Source of the DNA: Klebsormidium nitens
Lineage: Eukaryota; Plantae; Klebsormidiophyceae
Length of the DNA stretch: 64,000 nucleotides
Assembly: GCA_000708835.1 (NCBI GenBank)
Contig: DF236989.1
Location: forward strand, 237,285 to 301,284
Reading direction: 5' to 3'
How positions within the stretch are numbered: the first letter of the stretch is position 1; each line of letters begins with the position of its first letter. The notes beneath the pieces were generated by a model that was given only the letters and a program-made list of their open reading frames with translations, was not told the origin of the DNA and searched no databases. Made by a program: the position numbers and the translations under genes. Positions 35,369 through 47,347 of this stretch are shown piece by piece.

Positions 35369-38300
35369 ATGCATTCCCATTTGCGCGGCCATCAGACTCT
35401 GCTCCGGTTGGTCGGAAAGAGGAGACGCTTGCCTCCGGAAGTCCAGAGCAATCCCCAAAGCAGCACGCTCGGCCCAAGTGTAAGTGCAGCTTCTCGTCTA
35501 GAACTTTATCCTGCTTTGGTCATTCTTTCTGTCAAGCTGGGTTTTTATCTGCTTTCTATCGAGGCTTGAAGCTGGATCCAACTTGCCAGGGAATGGAGGA
35601 ATTTAAAAAGCACAATGCGGTACCTTCTAGAGGCTTGGTCATGAGTTTCATGGTTATGATGATTGCCCCTCCATGTTGCTTGTCCTTGACCTGCTGCTTT
35701 GATTTAAGTTCTTGCCACTGCCATATTGCTGACGTTGCAAACTGCGACCATTGACTTTTGGCTATGGTTCCTTCATCTGACTATGCACTGCAATGCACAC
35801 TGGTACCCTGATTATCTGCAAGCTGCTGCCTTTAGGAGGGGCTCTGAATTGCAAAATATCGCTAGCACACACTACGTGCATGAGCCGTTGTGCGCTTTGA
35901 AAGCCTATGGTAGAAATCCCTCAAAGCTCTGCCAATCTATTGCAGGACCTTCCAAATGTTCCTCCGACGCCCCTGTCGCCTGAAATTGACAACACCCGCA
36001 AAAGTGGAAAAGAGCACACCTGGGTGAATCTTGGGGGCAAAGAGAATGCGTCCAGTAGCGATCAGAGTCCGACGTGTCCCATCTGCGGCCGGAGCTTGCC
36101 CGGCGCTGATGGCGCCATCAATGCACATATCGGTGAGGCATATGCTGCAATGGCTGCCAATCTTGGTTTCACAGCTTTTTTGCAAGCGCTCTGCAAACCA
36201 AGGGCTCTACAGTGTCCGCTGAATGGCTGAGCTCCAGTGAATTTTGAATGGCAAAGTCAATTCTTCTAAGATGTGAAGTTCTGCATTGACTAGTTGTACC
36301 AGGATCAGCTGAGATATTCGATGAGCGATTCCAACAATAGTGGAACCATTAGAGGACGTTTTGGAACCATGCCATGCCAGTGCAATCTTCAGTGTGAGCC
36401 TAAATGGCAAAACGGCCGTTTGCACCTCAGGCCCTTATCAATCGTCGCATCTCCCTTAAGCCTTTGGCGAAACCAGCTCTGACAGCACACTTTCCTCAGG
36501 ATCTCATCACATCTGCTTTGAATAATGGCTTTGTCGGCAGCCTCTGCTTCATATGCTATCTGGTTACTTCGTTTTGATGTACTTCAGGGAGTACTCTTTA
36601 GGTTGCAATGTCTCAATGTGGAGGTAGCTCCAATTAATTGGTGTAACAGCATTTTTAACGTGGTCCCGAATGCACAGATGCGTGCCTGGCCCGGGGCTCC
36701 GCCGCCAGTGCGAACAGTCGCCCTCCTCGCAAGACCACCCAGACGACCCTCGCCGCCTTCACCAGCCCCAGAGCAAAGCTGGGCCCTGGGTCCAAAAGCC
36801 TTCCGAGCACTACCTCTAAAGGGTTAGCCGATACCAAGGGGTTATCAAGCCCCCAAACCCCAGGTTACAAGCGGTCGGTCAGCCTGCCAGCCACCCTCCC
36901 GCTGATCGACCCCTGGAAGGACGCTGGAATAGAACCAGGGGAAAGTCTGGGTGCAAAGAGGAGGAAACGGGCCGGGAGTAGTGTTGTCTGTGACGAGTCG
37001 GAGAGCAGGGGGGGCAGGGGCTTGGATGCAACTGCAAAAGGGGGACTTTGTAACGTCGATACTGGTCGGGGTTGCTTGGAACCAGCTCCCGTAGGGTCCA
37101 AGAGTCGGGAGGCGGTGCCGATTGCCAGGGGAGTAAGGGACGAGCCCCAGCTCAAAAGTGGCCATTCGGAGTTCGACAGCCAGGTTGAACGCCCCGGAGC
37201 TTTTCATAGCCCGGTTGTATTCCCCGGGGGTCCCTGCGAGAATGGCCTCCGAAGCGATCCTACACTGGAGGAGAGCTCCCCACCTCCGAACTCGGAACCT
37301 ACGCACTTGCCGAAAGAGTTGGATACTTGGGCTGTGAGGCAGTGGCGGTTTGAGGACGCGGCGTCGCTCTGCACTGTCGGACGTCCGATTCGCCTAGTCC
37401 GAGAACCGGACAATCCAAAGGACGGAAACGCCATTTTGGTTACGGTTGGAGGCGCTCCAAAAGCGAAAGCTGTGGATGCGAAGTTGGGGGCCTGGAAGGA
37501 GAGTGAGTTGCAGGGGAGGCGGGAAGCTACTTCGGACAGGGGCCCTGCTGATTCTGGACGTCCGAAACAGGGACTGTCCGAGAAGAGGCGGGGTGCTGAT
37601 GAGTCCGGCGAGCTACGAGCTTCTAACGGCTCACAGAGCAACGGGAGTCCTCGAAGAAGAAGGGAGGAAAGCCGAGAAGACAGCCTGGGTAAAAGCGGGG
37701 ATGACGTCAGCAACACGGCTCCGGCACCGACAAGGACGAGTCCTCGGAAGCGGACGAAGGAGGCTTTTGCGGCCCGTCAAATCGACACCGAGCCCGTCCG
37801 AGAAGCGAAGGCCAAACAGCCTGCCAAGAAGGGGGGGGTCGACGACCCGCGGGTGATTGGCTACTTGCCAGCTGTCATTGCGGAGCACCTTGCCCCGGTG
37901 ATGGACCGGTTTGGGACGGCGTTTGGCGGGGAAGTGACGGTGCGTCCGCAGTGCGCCGGCGCGGCGGCGGGCGTCCGGATAAGGCGTCCGGTGAGTGAGG
38001 GAAGGGGCGGCTGTGACGGTGAACTGGTGGGAGGTTTGGAAGCAGGACGGGAGTCGGAGGATAGGATTGGGGGACGGTTGGAAGATGGGCGGGCAGAAGG
38101 GAGTGCGTCGGAGGACGGAAGCGGGGGGAGGGGAGTTGGGAGGGAGTGTGGTAGCGGGGAAGATACGAAGAGCGCCATTGAAGCAGCGCATGAGAGATCT
38201 AGTAGAGGTGCGGAATTGCGAGCAGCAGAAGGCGTAAAAGGAGAGGGTGGAACGGAGAGCGGAACGGGCGGAAGGGGACTTGAACCGGAAGGAGCTCCCT

Positions 38301-41300
38301 GCTTCGAAGCGTCTGCGGGAGGTCCGAGCGGAGTGGAGGGAACGGAAGACGTTGACCGCCAGAGACACGTGGCAGCGGTTGACTCGCACTGGCGCTCGGC
38401 GTGTGAGGCCGCGGCGCGAGCGCGCGCTGCTCTAGTTGCGGACCCGTCCCTGCCCAAGTACCAGGGCAATTTCTTGTACATGGTGCGGACGGTTCTGGAT
38501 GCGGACGGACACCTGTTTTCGGACGATGAAGCGGCGCTGCTGCGGGGCATCGGCGGAGTGAGCGGCGAGGGGCAGCGGTTGGTCGTGCGGCTCTTTCAGC
38601 GGAAAGGTGGGAAATTTTGCACGGGTGGCCGCTTTTAGATCTCCTCAACCCCTCAATTGCTATGCGAAGACTTTTCTTGGCGAAGGTTGGAACGGATTTG
38701 CGTTACCTTGACATCCGTCGAACCGTTCCCTTGATTAACACCAAGGAATTTTACGAATGAATTCGATCCCGGACCGAGATTGTCGATGATCCAACTCGGA
38801 TCAATCAGTCTTCAGCATCCTTCCATGCGATGCCCTGATCGGTCCATGTTGAGATGGCAAGCACGCCCCAATTACAGAGGCGCACACGGCTTACAGTTCC
38901 CTATTTGATGCTTATTTTGATTGATCATATCCGCTACTCTTTTGCAGGGCCGTGGTTCCGTGTGAGCAACCTGTCGTATGCGGACGTCCGCGACGTGCCG
39001 ATCGCTATTCAAGAGCTCCTCAGCCGGGGCTATTTACTCTCCTCTGTCCAAAGCCCAATCCCCGGGACCGACTCTGGGCCCGGGGGAAAATACGAGGCTT
39101 CAGAGGAAGCTGGCCCGAGCGTCATTGAAGCTTCCGGGGCAAACAACCGGGGCAGTGACGGTGCCGGCGAAGCGACCGGTGGAAAGAACCGAGGAACAGA
39201 AGAAGTGGCCGGGGGAAAGAACCGAGGAACAGAAGGAGGGCTCGACGCGCGGGCAAGGAGGAGGAGCCAACGGCTGGCCGGAACTTCCGCGGACAGGGAT
39301 GCTGAGACCGAGAGCGGCACCGGATTTTTGGTGTCAGAGGTACAGAGAGGGGCTTCCGGAAGCATAGGAGGAATAAGTTTTTCGGGGGGTGGTTCGGAGC
39401 CCAGGTGGGAGCCCCGGGCGCCGGAGGTGCGGGACGCGGGGTATGTTCGTGACCGGGTCGGCGTGCTGAACGTCGGGGAGTTGCGCGAGCTGCTGTGCGC
39501 GCTGGGGCTCAAGGTCAGGGCTCCTTTTTCATTATCTTCTTTTGTTTTTTGACCTTGGTCTGGGGAGTCGGGGCTTCTAGGCCCGCAAAACCAGGGTGTG
39601 ACCCAGCGATCCCCAGTTTCAAGGTGACGGCTCCTGCTTCTCTGAATTTGAAGTAGGTAAGGCTTGGCAGATGGGGCAACAGAAATCGCTTCCCGAACTC
39701 TGTTTAAAAGCCGAGGAAAAGTTGGATAACTTCAAGCGAGGTGAATACTGTGCGTCAATTAATTGTTCTTGATAGCATCTAAAGGCTGAATCTCCGACTT
39801 GACTTCAACTGACTCGGCCTCTGATTCAAACGGTGACTATACCTGACCCTGACTAACCTCAGGGTCAGGTTCAAACTCTGACCAACCCTGACTGCCTGAA
39901 CCTAAGTAAACTTTAGGGTCACGTTCGAACTTGACAGACCCTGACCGACTCTGACTGGACCTGACTGAACCTGAACCAGACAACTGTTCGGGCTTGCATG
40001 AGGCTGAGTGAGCCTGAGTGAGCCTGACCGAACCTGATCGAACCAGATTCCGACTCCGACTGTCGTCATTCTGCCGCAGACGAAGCTGGAAGTCAACGGC
40101 GCCGAATCTGACTCATCCTCTGACTCAAATCGTGACTGTACCTGAAACTGAATACAAGGCTGACAAAATCTTAACTAGACCGGACTGAAATCTGAACCTG
40201 ACTGGATTTGACCGAGTTCGAACCTGAGGCTGAGTGAGCCTGAGTGAATCTGGCGAACCTGACCGAACCAAATTTCGACCGCAGACGAAGCTCGAAGTCA
40301 ACGGCGCCAAGCGAGACGAGCTGCTGCGGTGGATCGTGGACGCGGCGTGCGACGCCCGGCAGACGACGCCCTGGGGCCAGGGCTGCCACGTGGCAGTCAT
40401 GGAGAAGGTAGCTGAACTGGCGGGGGAGAGCGTGCGGCTGCCGGAGGGGCTGCACCACCTGCTGTGGCGGGTGCAGGTGCGATTTTAGGGTTTTAAGGGT
40501 TTAACCCTAAGATCTCGCCTAACCTAAGACCCAACCCAACCCAAAAACCCTAACTCTAAAACCCCAAGTTTGAAGTTGGGCGGCTTTTTTAGTTTTTTTT
40601 TTGTCTGGTCGTTTGGTCGTGGCGCGTGCGAGGTGTGTCAGACAATCTCTCTTTAGCTTGCTTCTGTGATTCTTCAGATTGTGCGGATTTCGTCTCCTCA
40701 TTCTGCCTTCTCTTGTCGTAAATGTGGCGCGCGCAGCTGCGTCGGACGTTTCTTCTCTTGCTCGCTGCCAGTCTCGGTCAACGTTCGCAGGTTCCTTGGC
40801 TTTCACTCGTTCCCATTTTTTGGTGACTTGAGGGGGATTCTTTGTGTTCAATGGTCATTCTCTGTGCTGAATTAGGAATTTTTGTGTTCAATGGTCATTC
40901 TCTGTGCTCCGCGCGGTGCTCCTTCTTCTCAACGGGAAGCGAAGCTTTCCGCCCTTTCTGCCGGCGTTGGATGTTTCTTGAGCGCTTTCTCCACGAAAAC
41001 CTGGCGCGCCCTTTCGACGTCAGCTTGTCGTCACCTTCGTGTCAACGCAGCGCCTCGTCTTATTGAACGGCGAGCAGGACCTGTCGCCCTTCCCGCTTGG
41101 GGGCTGATGTTCCCTTTGGGCTCTTTCCCGCAGAAACGAGACCAACATGCACTTTCGCGCCCTGTTGACGTCAAGCTGACGTCATGCTTGCATGTGTGCA
41201 GCGCCTCTTCTTCCTCAACGGCGAGCAGGACCTGTCGGCCTTCCTGCTGGTCGACATGGGCCTGTGCAAGTACCCGCCGTACCGCTGCTCGCGGACGCGG

Positions 41301-44300
41301 CCCGTCTTTCGGACGCGGGCGGATCTCCTGGCATACGAACAGGTGCGGCGTCCGAATAATCTGCCCCTCTCTCAGTTCGGCATTTGGCCCATTGTTCTTT
41401 TCAATGGTCGAAAGTGAAATTTGCCTCTCAAGGTTCCAAACGGGGATGCGGCCCGTCTTCCGGACGCGGGCGGACCTCCTGGCGTACGAACAGGTGCCGC
41501 GTCCGAACCTGATCTGCCCTTTTCAGTCCGGCTTCTTGCCTAATGCTATTACGACGGTCGAAGGTGCATATTGCCTCACGAAAAGTCTAGACGACGCCAT
41601 TTTCCGGACGCGCGCACAGACATCCGGCGTCCGATTATGACCTGCCCCAGTAACGACGAACCGAACGGGAGTTCGCCATAATATTGTCGGCCAAAGTTGG
41701 GCTTTGACCCAACATTTGACGATTGAGATCTGGAGTTTGTTTTAACCTCGACGGTTGGAGCTGAAGTCTGCCCAATATTGGCGGTTGGAGCGGCAATTTG
41801 CTCTGAAAAGGAATATCAATGAGTGTTCTATGGAACGGCGTAGCTTTTGCATAATGCTATTCCTGCAGAAAAGCCTGGCTTTTCTTGAATCAAAGCTGGT
41901 CGCAAGGAGCCTTCACATGCCGCTCTGACTTCTGAGAAACTTCAACAGATCCGCCGAAAAGGGTGAGCGTTCTCAAGAGCTCCACACATGAAATGGAGGC
42001 GCTTCTCAAGGAAATACCTTCATCCAAGAATGATCTAAAGCACTGGTACTGCGAGGCAGATATCAGTCAGCACCTCTTCAAGGAGGTTATGTATCTGAGG
42101 CAAAGCTGCTCATGGAGCTCGTTTGCAGAATCACGGAACTTGAACTTTCCCCGAACGCAGAATCACCTTCCTTTAATCTTCCTTAAACGCAGAAGATTAT
42201 TCTGCGAAAGAGCTCCATGAGCAGTTTTCGCGAATGACGGAAGGTGATTCTGACGCAGCATCACCTTAGACCTTCTTTAAACCTTCTTTAAACCTTCCTA
42301 AACCTTCCTGAAACCTTCCCTTAACCTTCCCCAAACCTTTCTTAAATCTTTCTTAAACCTTCCCCAAACGCAGGCGCTCGACGTCGCTCAGCGAATGGAC
42401 GAGGCCGTCGAAGCAGCCGACACCGCGGCCGCCCTGCGCCTGCTCGCGGCCGCGCGCCGTGGCCTCACTCAACGCGCGCTTTCGGCCAACGCGTCACTGA
42501 GGGGCGCCACCAGCGGACGGCAATCTGCCGGACTCGAAACAGACGGTCAGGATGCGTCGAGGGTCGGGGCTCCGCCGGGGGAAGAGCGGGGGACGGTAAG
42601 ACTTGAGGGGGACGCTATGACTGAGTTCGGCACTGAAGGGGGTTTAAACAACGGCCGGGCGATGTCAGCGGAGCGGTTTCGAGGGGCCGAGGTTCCAAGC
42701 ACGGTTGAGGCGTTTTCGGTCGGTCCGATTGAGGGGACGGAGCCAATCGGACGGCAGCGAGGGCACTGTTGCTCTATTGTCCGGGGGGGGGAAAGCAGAC
42801 TGGGTCCGGAGGAGATTGAGGAACGGAAGCGACTCGCGGGAGAAATGCCGAAGTTGGGTCGGGAAGCAGAACCGTGCGACGGATGTGGGAGGGAAGGACC
42901 TGTTCTCCAATCGGCAGGAGTCGGGTTGAGAGCTGAGCTGGGTTGCCACGTGTCAGGCCTGCAGGGCGACACGTGTGCGAAAGTAGAGGCTTGTACAATA
43001 GCGCACGCGCAGGTAACGGAGCGGTTCGTTGACAGCGCTCGCAAGGTGAGCTCGCAGAAGATGGGTACTGTTGAGGTCAGGGAGACGACCGTAGTGCACA
43101 GGGAACAGGTAGGAGTAGCAGCGAACGCTTTTGAGGCTCTGAAAGGTCAGCACACGGGAACGAAAGTGCCGCTACTAGTTGAAAGTCGGATGGAAACGGA
43201 CGAGCGGGTTGAGCTTAACCCGAGTGCTAACCTGGAAGACCGGCAGTCTCCCGAGTTGGGACCGGCGCCGTTGTTCGTCGCACGGTTTGCGGCGGGGTGG
43301 GTTTACAGCGTGGTAGCGACGGTCGGGGTGTCGATACTAGAGAAGGAGAAACGGTACGGCGAGGCGGTAACGGTCCTCCGGCAGTTGCTGAGCGGTAACC
43401 ATTCCCGGGGGCGGCGCGGGCAGTGGTGGGGCCGGCTCTCGATCAATCTGGATCACCTGGGCAGGTCAGCTTTCGTGCGACGCAATGGCAACCGTTTGAT
43501 ACCTTATGCAGAAGACTCTGATTGCTTTCCAGGCGCTTCGTAGCCTGTGTGGACTTTCGTGAGGCTGCATTGCTAGACCAAGTCTCAAACTCACGCGCCC
43601 ACGTGTTGGCAGCGCGTGAGACGGAGTACAGTCAAATTGCGAGTCGTTGCATTGCGTCGAAACGCTTGTTGTTCTTCGGACCTTGCTGATCATCAACGAC
43701 TCCTCATGCTGACAATGAACATCAGGTTGTGATTACTTGTAGTATTTCTTTTGCCAGTTTTACGTCTTCCGCGAATCCGATTACCTGGCCGCAGGAGTCG
43801 GTCGATTTTATGCCAACAGGACTTCTTTGATGCCAAAAGGACTTCTTTCCTTGGATCGTTCGAACTCCGCTCTGACCCGTTCGCTGTTCGCCCGTTCCTC
43901 TTCCAGGAAGGAAGAGAGCCTCCAGACTGCAGAGGCGGGCGTCTCGGACCCCTGGGTGCGCGGGGGCGACCGCCTGGCCCTGCAACGCCGTGTGTGTCGC
44001 CTCTCCAAGCCCCCCCGCCGCTGGCGCAAGCCCCACTACTCGGAAGCCGTCGACCGACTCTACTCTCCGACCATCTGCCCCGAGACGAGAATCAGTGGCC
44101 GGCCCCTGAACTGCACAGTCGGGGCGAAGTCCCGGTTCTACGCAATGGACAACGGGCAGTGCGGCGTGGAAGAACTGGCGCTGGAGTGGTACGCGAGCGA
44201 CGAAGGGGGGGGTGGGAAGGCGTGCATTCTGAGGGGGGGGTCTGGTGCACGCTGTTCGGGCTGCTCATGTGGGAGGTCCTGTTCGCGGACGTCGCGGACG

Positions 44301-45756
44301 TGTTCCGGACGCCCTTCCAAGTGAGCCGCGTTTCGAACGCCGTTTTGGACGCCTTTTTGGACACGTTTTGGACGTTTTGGACGCATTTTGACGTTTCGGA
44401 CCCCCAAGTGAGCCGCGTTTCGGACGCCGTTTCTGTCTCGGACGTCCGTCCCTAGGGAACTCTTGAAGAGCGTTTGGATCAGGAGAGTCGAAGTCCGTTG
44501 TTTCAAGTGTCCTTCTTGTGGGGTCCTTGGAACGCCGACCCGGACCAAGAGATGCTTGAATATTTCGGTTGCCGTCTTGGATCACAAGAGTTGGGAACGT
44601 CGTGATTGGCAGGAAGGCTTGAAGATGCGTTCGCTCTGAATGACGTCGTTCAGGAGGGGTCTTCGGTTGCATTCTTATGCAATGCTGTCCTTCTGTCAAG
44701 TGGTCTGCAGAGTGAAGGGGCCGCCTTTTCAGACGTTGCTTCTTCCGAGCCTGCATTGCTGTTCTATATTTTCTACTCTGACCTAGCACTAGTGAATCTG
44801 TATCACCTACGAATCTTTTTGTGAGCGATCCGGAACGGAAGCTAGTGCAACCGAAAGCGAACCAACAGCCGGTTCGTTTCCAAGCCCCAAGTGCGGGCTT
44901 CTCGCTTCCGAGTCGATGATTCGAAACAACCTGAATTCTCATAAGATCCAGGATCCGAATTGAGGAACATGTGGCCTGACCTTATCCCAAACCACACTCA
45001 ACCCGGTTTTAACCCATTCGAAACTGTTCCCTGCAGACGGCCCCTCTCGACCTGGACACGGACGCCTTTTTCCCCTCCCGCGAGGCCGCCATACTCGAGC
45101 GCCTCCGCCTTATCCAAACCGGTGACGTGGCATCTCTCCTGGCCGTCCGTTGGGCCACGTCAGCAGGCACGTGGTGCCGGGGTGTAAATTGGGAGCGGCA
45201 CACTTTGGAAGAGCTGCAGACGATCGCGGGTTGCGTGGGTAACCAAGGGTTAGCGGCGGTTTGCCGGTTATTAGCGGAGGATCACGCGGGGTGGGCCGGG
45301 GGCATGCCGGACCTGTTGCTGTGGCGGGAAAATCGGGTGGGTTTGAACGGGGTTCGATTTGAGGAGGAGCGGGGACGAGTTGGAGGTTTGAGGAGTGAGG
45401 AGAGGCCTGCGAGAGGGGTCCAGTTGCCGAGTGGTTTGGAAGCGTCTTGGGACTGCCAAGAGGTGGGTTTGGTCGAGTGCAACGGGATAAATACTGGACG
45501 AACGACCAGCAGTCAAGAAGGGGTTACCGAGGGTGACGGTGGAATCGGGGGGCTGAGGGAAGGGGTTGACTTTTGGGTTAAGAGGGAGGCGAAGCTTGTG
45601 GAGGTGAAGGGGCCGCGAGACCGGCTTTCTGAGCAGCAAAGGGCGTGGATCGGAGCGCTCCAAGCGGCGGGGATTGCGGTGGAAGTGTGCAAGGTGGTGG
45701 AATGCGAAGAATCGAAGGGGGCGAAAGGGAAGCAAGCGGGAAAGAAGAGGAAATGA
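35369..45756 (+). CDS. FAN1: Fanconi-associated nuclease 1 (UBZ, HIRAN, SAP, TPR-like, VRR-NUC), 9 exons, about 1783 aa; one apparent 1-nt deletion at 44205-44212
   Basis: Exons 35369-35479, 35946-36132, 36678-38606, 38948-39513, 40285-40476, 41202-41342, 42374-43464, 43907-44320, 45037-45756. Plant-type start LRGHQTLLRLVGKRRRLP; UBZ CPICG..INAHI|DACL; HIRAN LVREPDNPKDGNAI..IGYLP; RLFQRK|GPWFR; GRRGQWWGRLSINLDHLG; nuclease GMPDLLLW..LVEVKGPRDRLSEQQRAW. Exon lengths sum to 5351 nt, one short of a multiple of three. Confidence 0.96.
39800..40310. repeat. Degenerate ~200-bp tandem duplication built on CTGA/GAACC-rich units, including a copied splice acceptor
   Basis: gaggctgagtgagcctgagtga occurs near 40001 and 40226; ccgcagacgaagct(g/c)gaagtcaacggcgcc occurs at 40074 and 40279. 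Confidence 0.85.
40483..40565. repeat. Short interstitial telomere-like tract with an orientation switch
   Basis: TTTTAGGG TTTTAAGGG TTT then AACCCTAA and further degenerate AACCC units, 7 nt after the FAN1 exon 5 donor. Confidence 0.6.
42270..42370. repeat. About 12-bp minisatellite (AAACCTTCTTTA-like, about 8 units) abutting a splice acceptor
   Basis: Read directly; ends at aaacgcag| (FAN1 exon 7 starts at 42374). Confidence 0.9.
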
Positions 45757-45983
45757 TAGCTCTCCAAAGACTACTGAATTGTGTATATCGAGCGTTATGA
45801 AAGTGCATGATGCAGGATACTCATACTAGTTTTGCTACATAAAATATCTCTACAAAACGGCGCAAAGGATACCGCAAACTACATGGTTCAATCTCGTTAC
45901 AGTCAAGTCGTCGATTAGGATCATGCTTGCCGCTGCATGTAGTGCCACAGTATTCCCAAAGCATGCGCCTCGCCGGTCTGATC

Positions 45984-46157
45984 GAAACGCGGCAGACACA
46001 TGCATGCACAATCACTGATCGACGCAAGCCGCGCATGACCGATGTGGTGCGACGCGTACGTCTTCAGTGTCGATTGAAACGCGGCAGACACATGCATGCA
46101 CAATCACTGATCGACGCAAGCCGCGCATGATGGTGCGACGCGTACGTCTTCAGTGTC
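45984..46157. repeat. 92-bp tandem duplication (2 copies, second with a 6-nt deletion) just 3' of FAN1
   Basis: gaaacgcggcagacacatgcatgcacaatc...cgtacgtcttcagtgtc starts at 45984 and at 46076. Confidence 0.95.
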
Positions 46158-47347
46158 ACTGCGGGCTATTGTACTATATAGCTAGCTCCGGCTGCGATCG
46201 AGCCGAGAGTAATACATGCCACCGAGGGGGGGCCGGCATCATGGGCACCGCGACTTCTCATGTACGGTAAAGAACTTCGATCGCTCGAATTGGCTGGGTC
46301 GGATCATTGTGAGGTAAGTGATTGAGTAGCAGAGGGCGTGAATCGGGGCGCGCTAACTCCACGGCATAGGTCACATTTAATATTTCGGTGGAGGTGTGCA
46401 AGATAATTCTCCCCTGTGACAAGCCCGCGGTTTCAGACCAGACGTGCCTTATCTCAAGAAGAACTCAAATCAACAGATTTGATAAGATCAACAGATCTTA
46501 CGGAAAAAGCTCATACAGCGTGAAACGTATTTATATACAAACTTCTCTGGCTGGCGGAAGTTGTTTACGAGTTTCGAACAAGCAGATAAAAGGGAAAAAC
46601 TTGAAAATATAAGATTATTGACATCGTCCATCATTGACTTGACCCCTCATCTTTCTGTTCCGGCCTCTGCCCATAGCTTCTGTCTCCTTACGTAATTGCC
46701 TCAGTCCTCGATCCCTTGCTCACGATCGCAATCGACACAGTAGAGTCTGAATACATATTGCGAACGCAACATCTCACCCAATCAGGTAAGGGGATGTTGT
46801 GAAGATATTGTTTTCGAAGAAACTTGGAACAATTGTAAACTACTCCATCATGGCGTACTGACTGTATATTCGCTCCAACTTGAGCCTGCTTTGGGAATTC
46901 ACAATCACCTTTGTATAATTGCTAGGTGCTGTATCCCCTAGTACGGTACAACGCGCCGGTTGACTTTCTCAAAACCTTGCAAACCACTTTATATCTTTGA
47001 CAAGCCGCTAGCTGAATGAAAATAATTTAGACGGCCTTGGAAGCGAGGGTGCTGCACGAAGGAAACGAAGAGCGGTCAGTTCAGACACGGCTAAATCGAG
47101 GGATCCCTCGTGGTTCTTGCTGCTTGGAATTACTTGGCAGAAATACAGTACTGATCCCTTTGCGGCAAACGAGAACCATACCCAAGGTTCAAAGCTTGAT
47201 TCGATGGAGATAACGCGTCCGATTGATCAATTCTGTGCTATAAATCTTAGTCACATGTGGTCGCGACGGTTCTACTGCCGCCCCACAGGTTCAGCGGCCG
47301 GGTGCAAAGCCAATTACAGAGCCGGCTGAAGAAGTGGGCAAGCGTTC

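Noticed and set aside
44189-44205. 17-nt GT..AG micro-intron that would restore the FAN1 frame
   Set aside because: It is far shorter than any other intron here and would delete the YASDE residues that align with the conserved YY..EGGGW segment of plant FAN1; a missing G is simpler.
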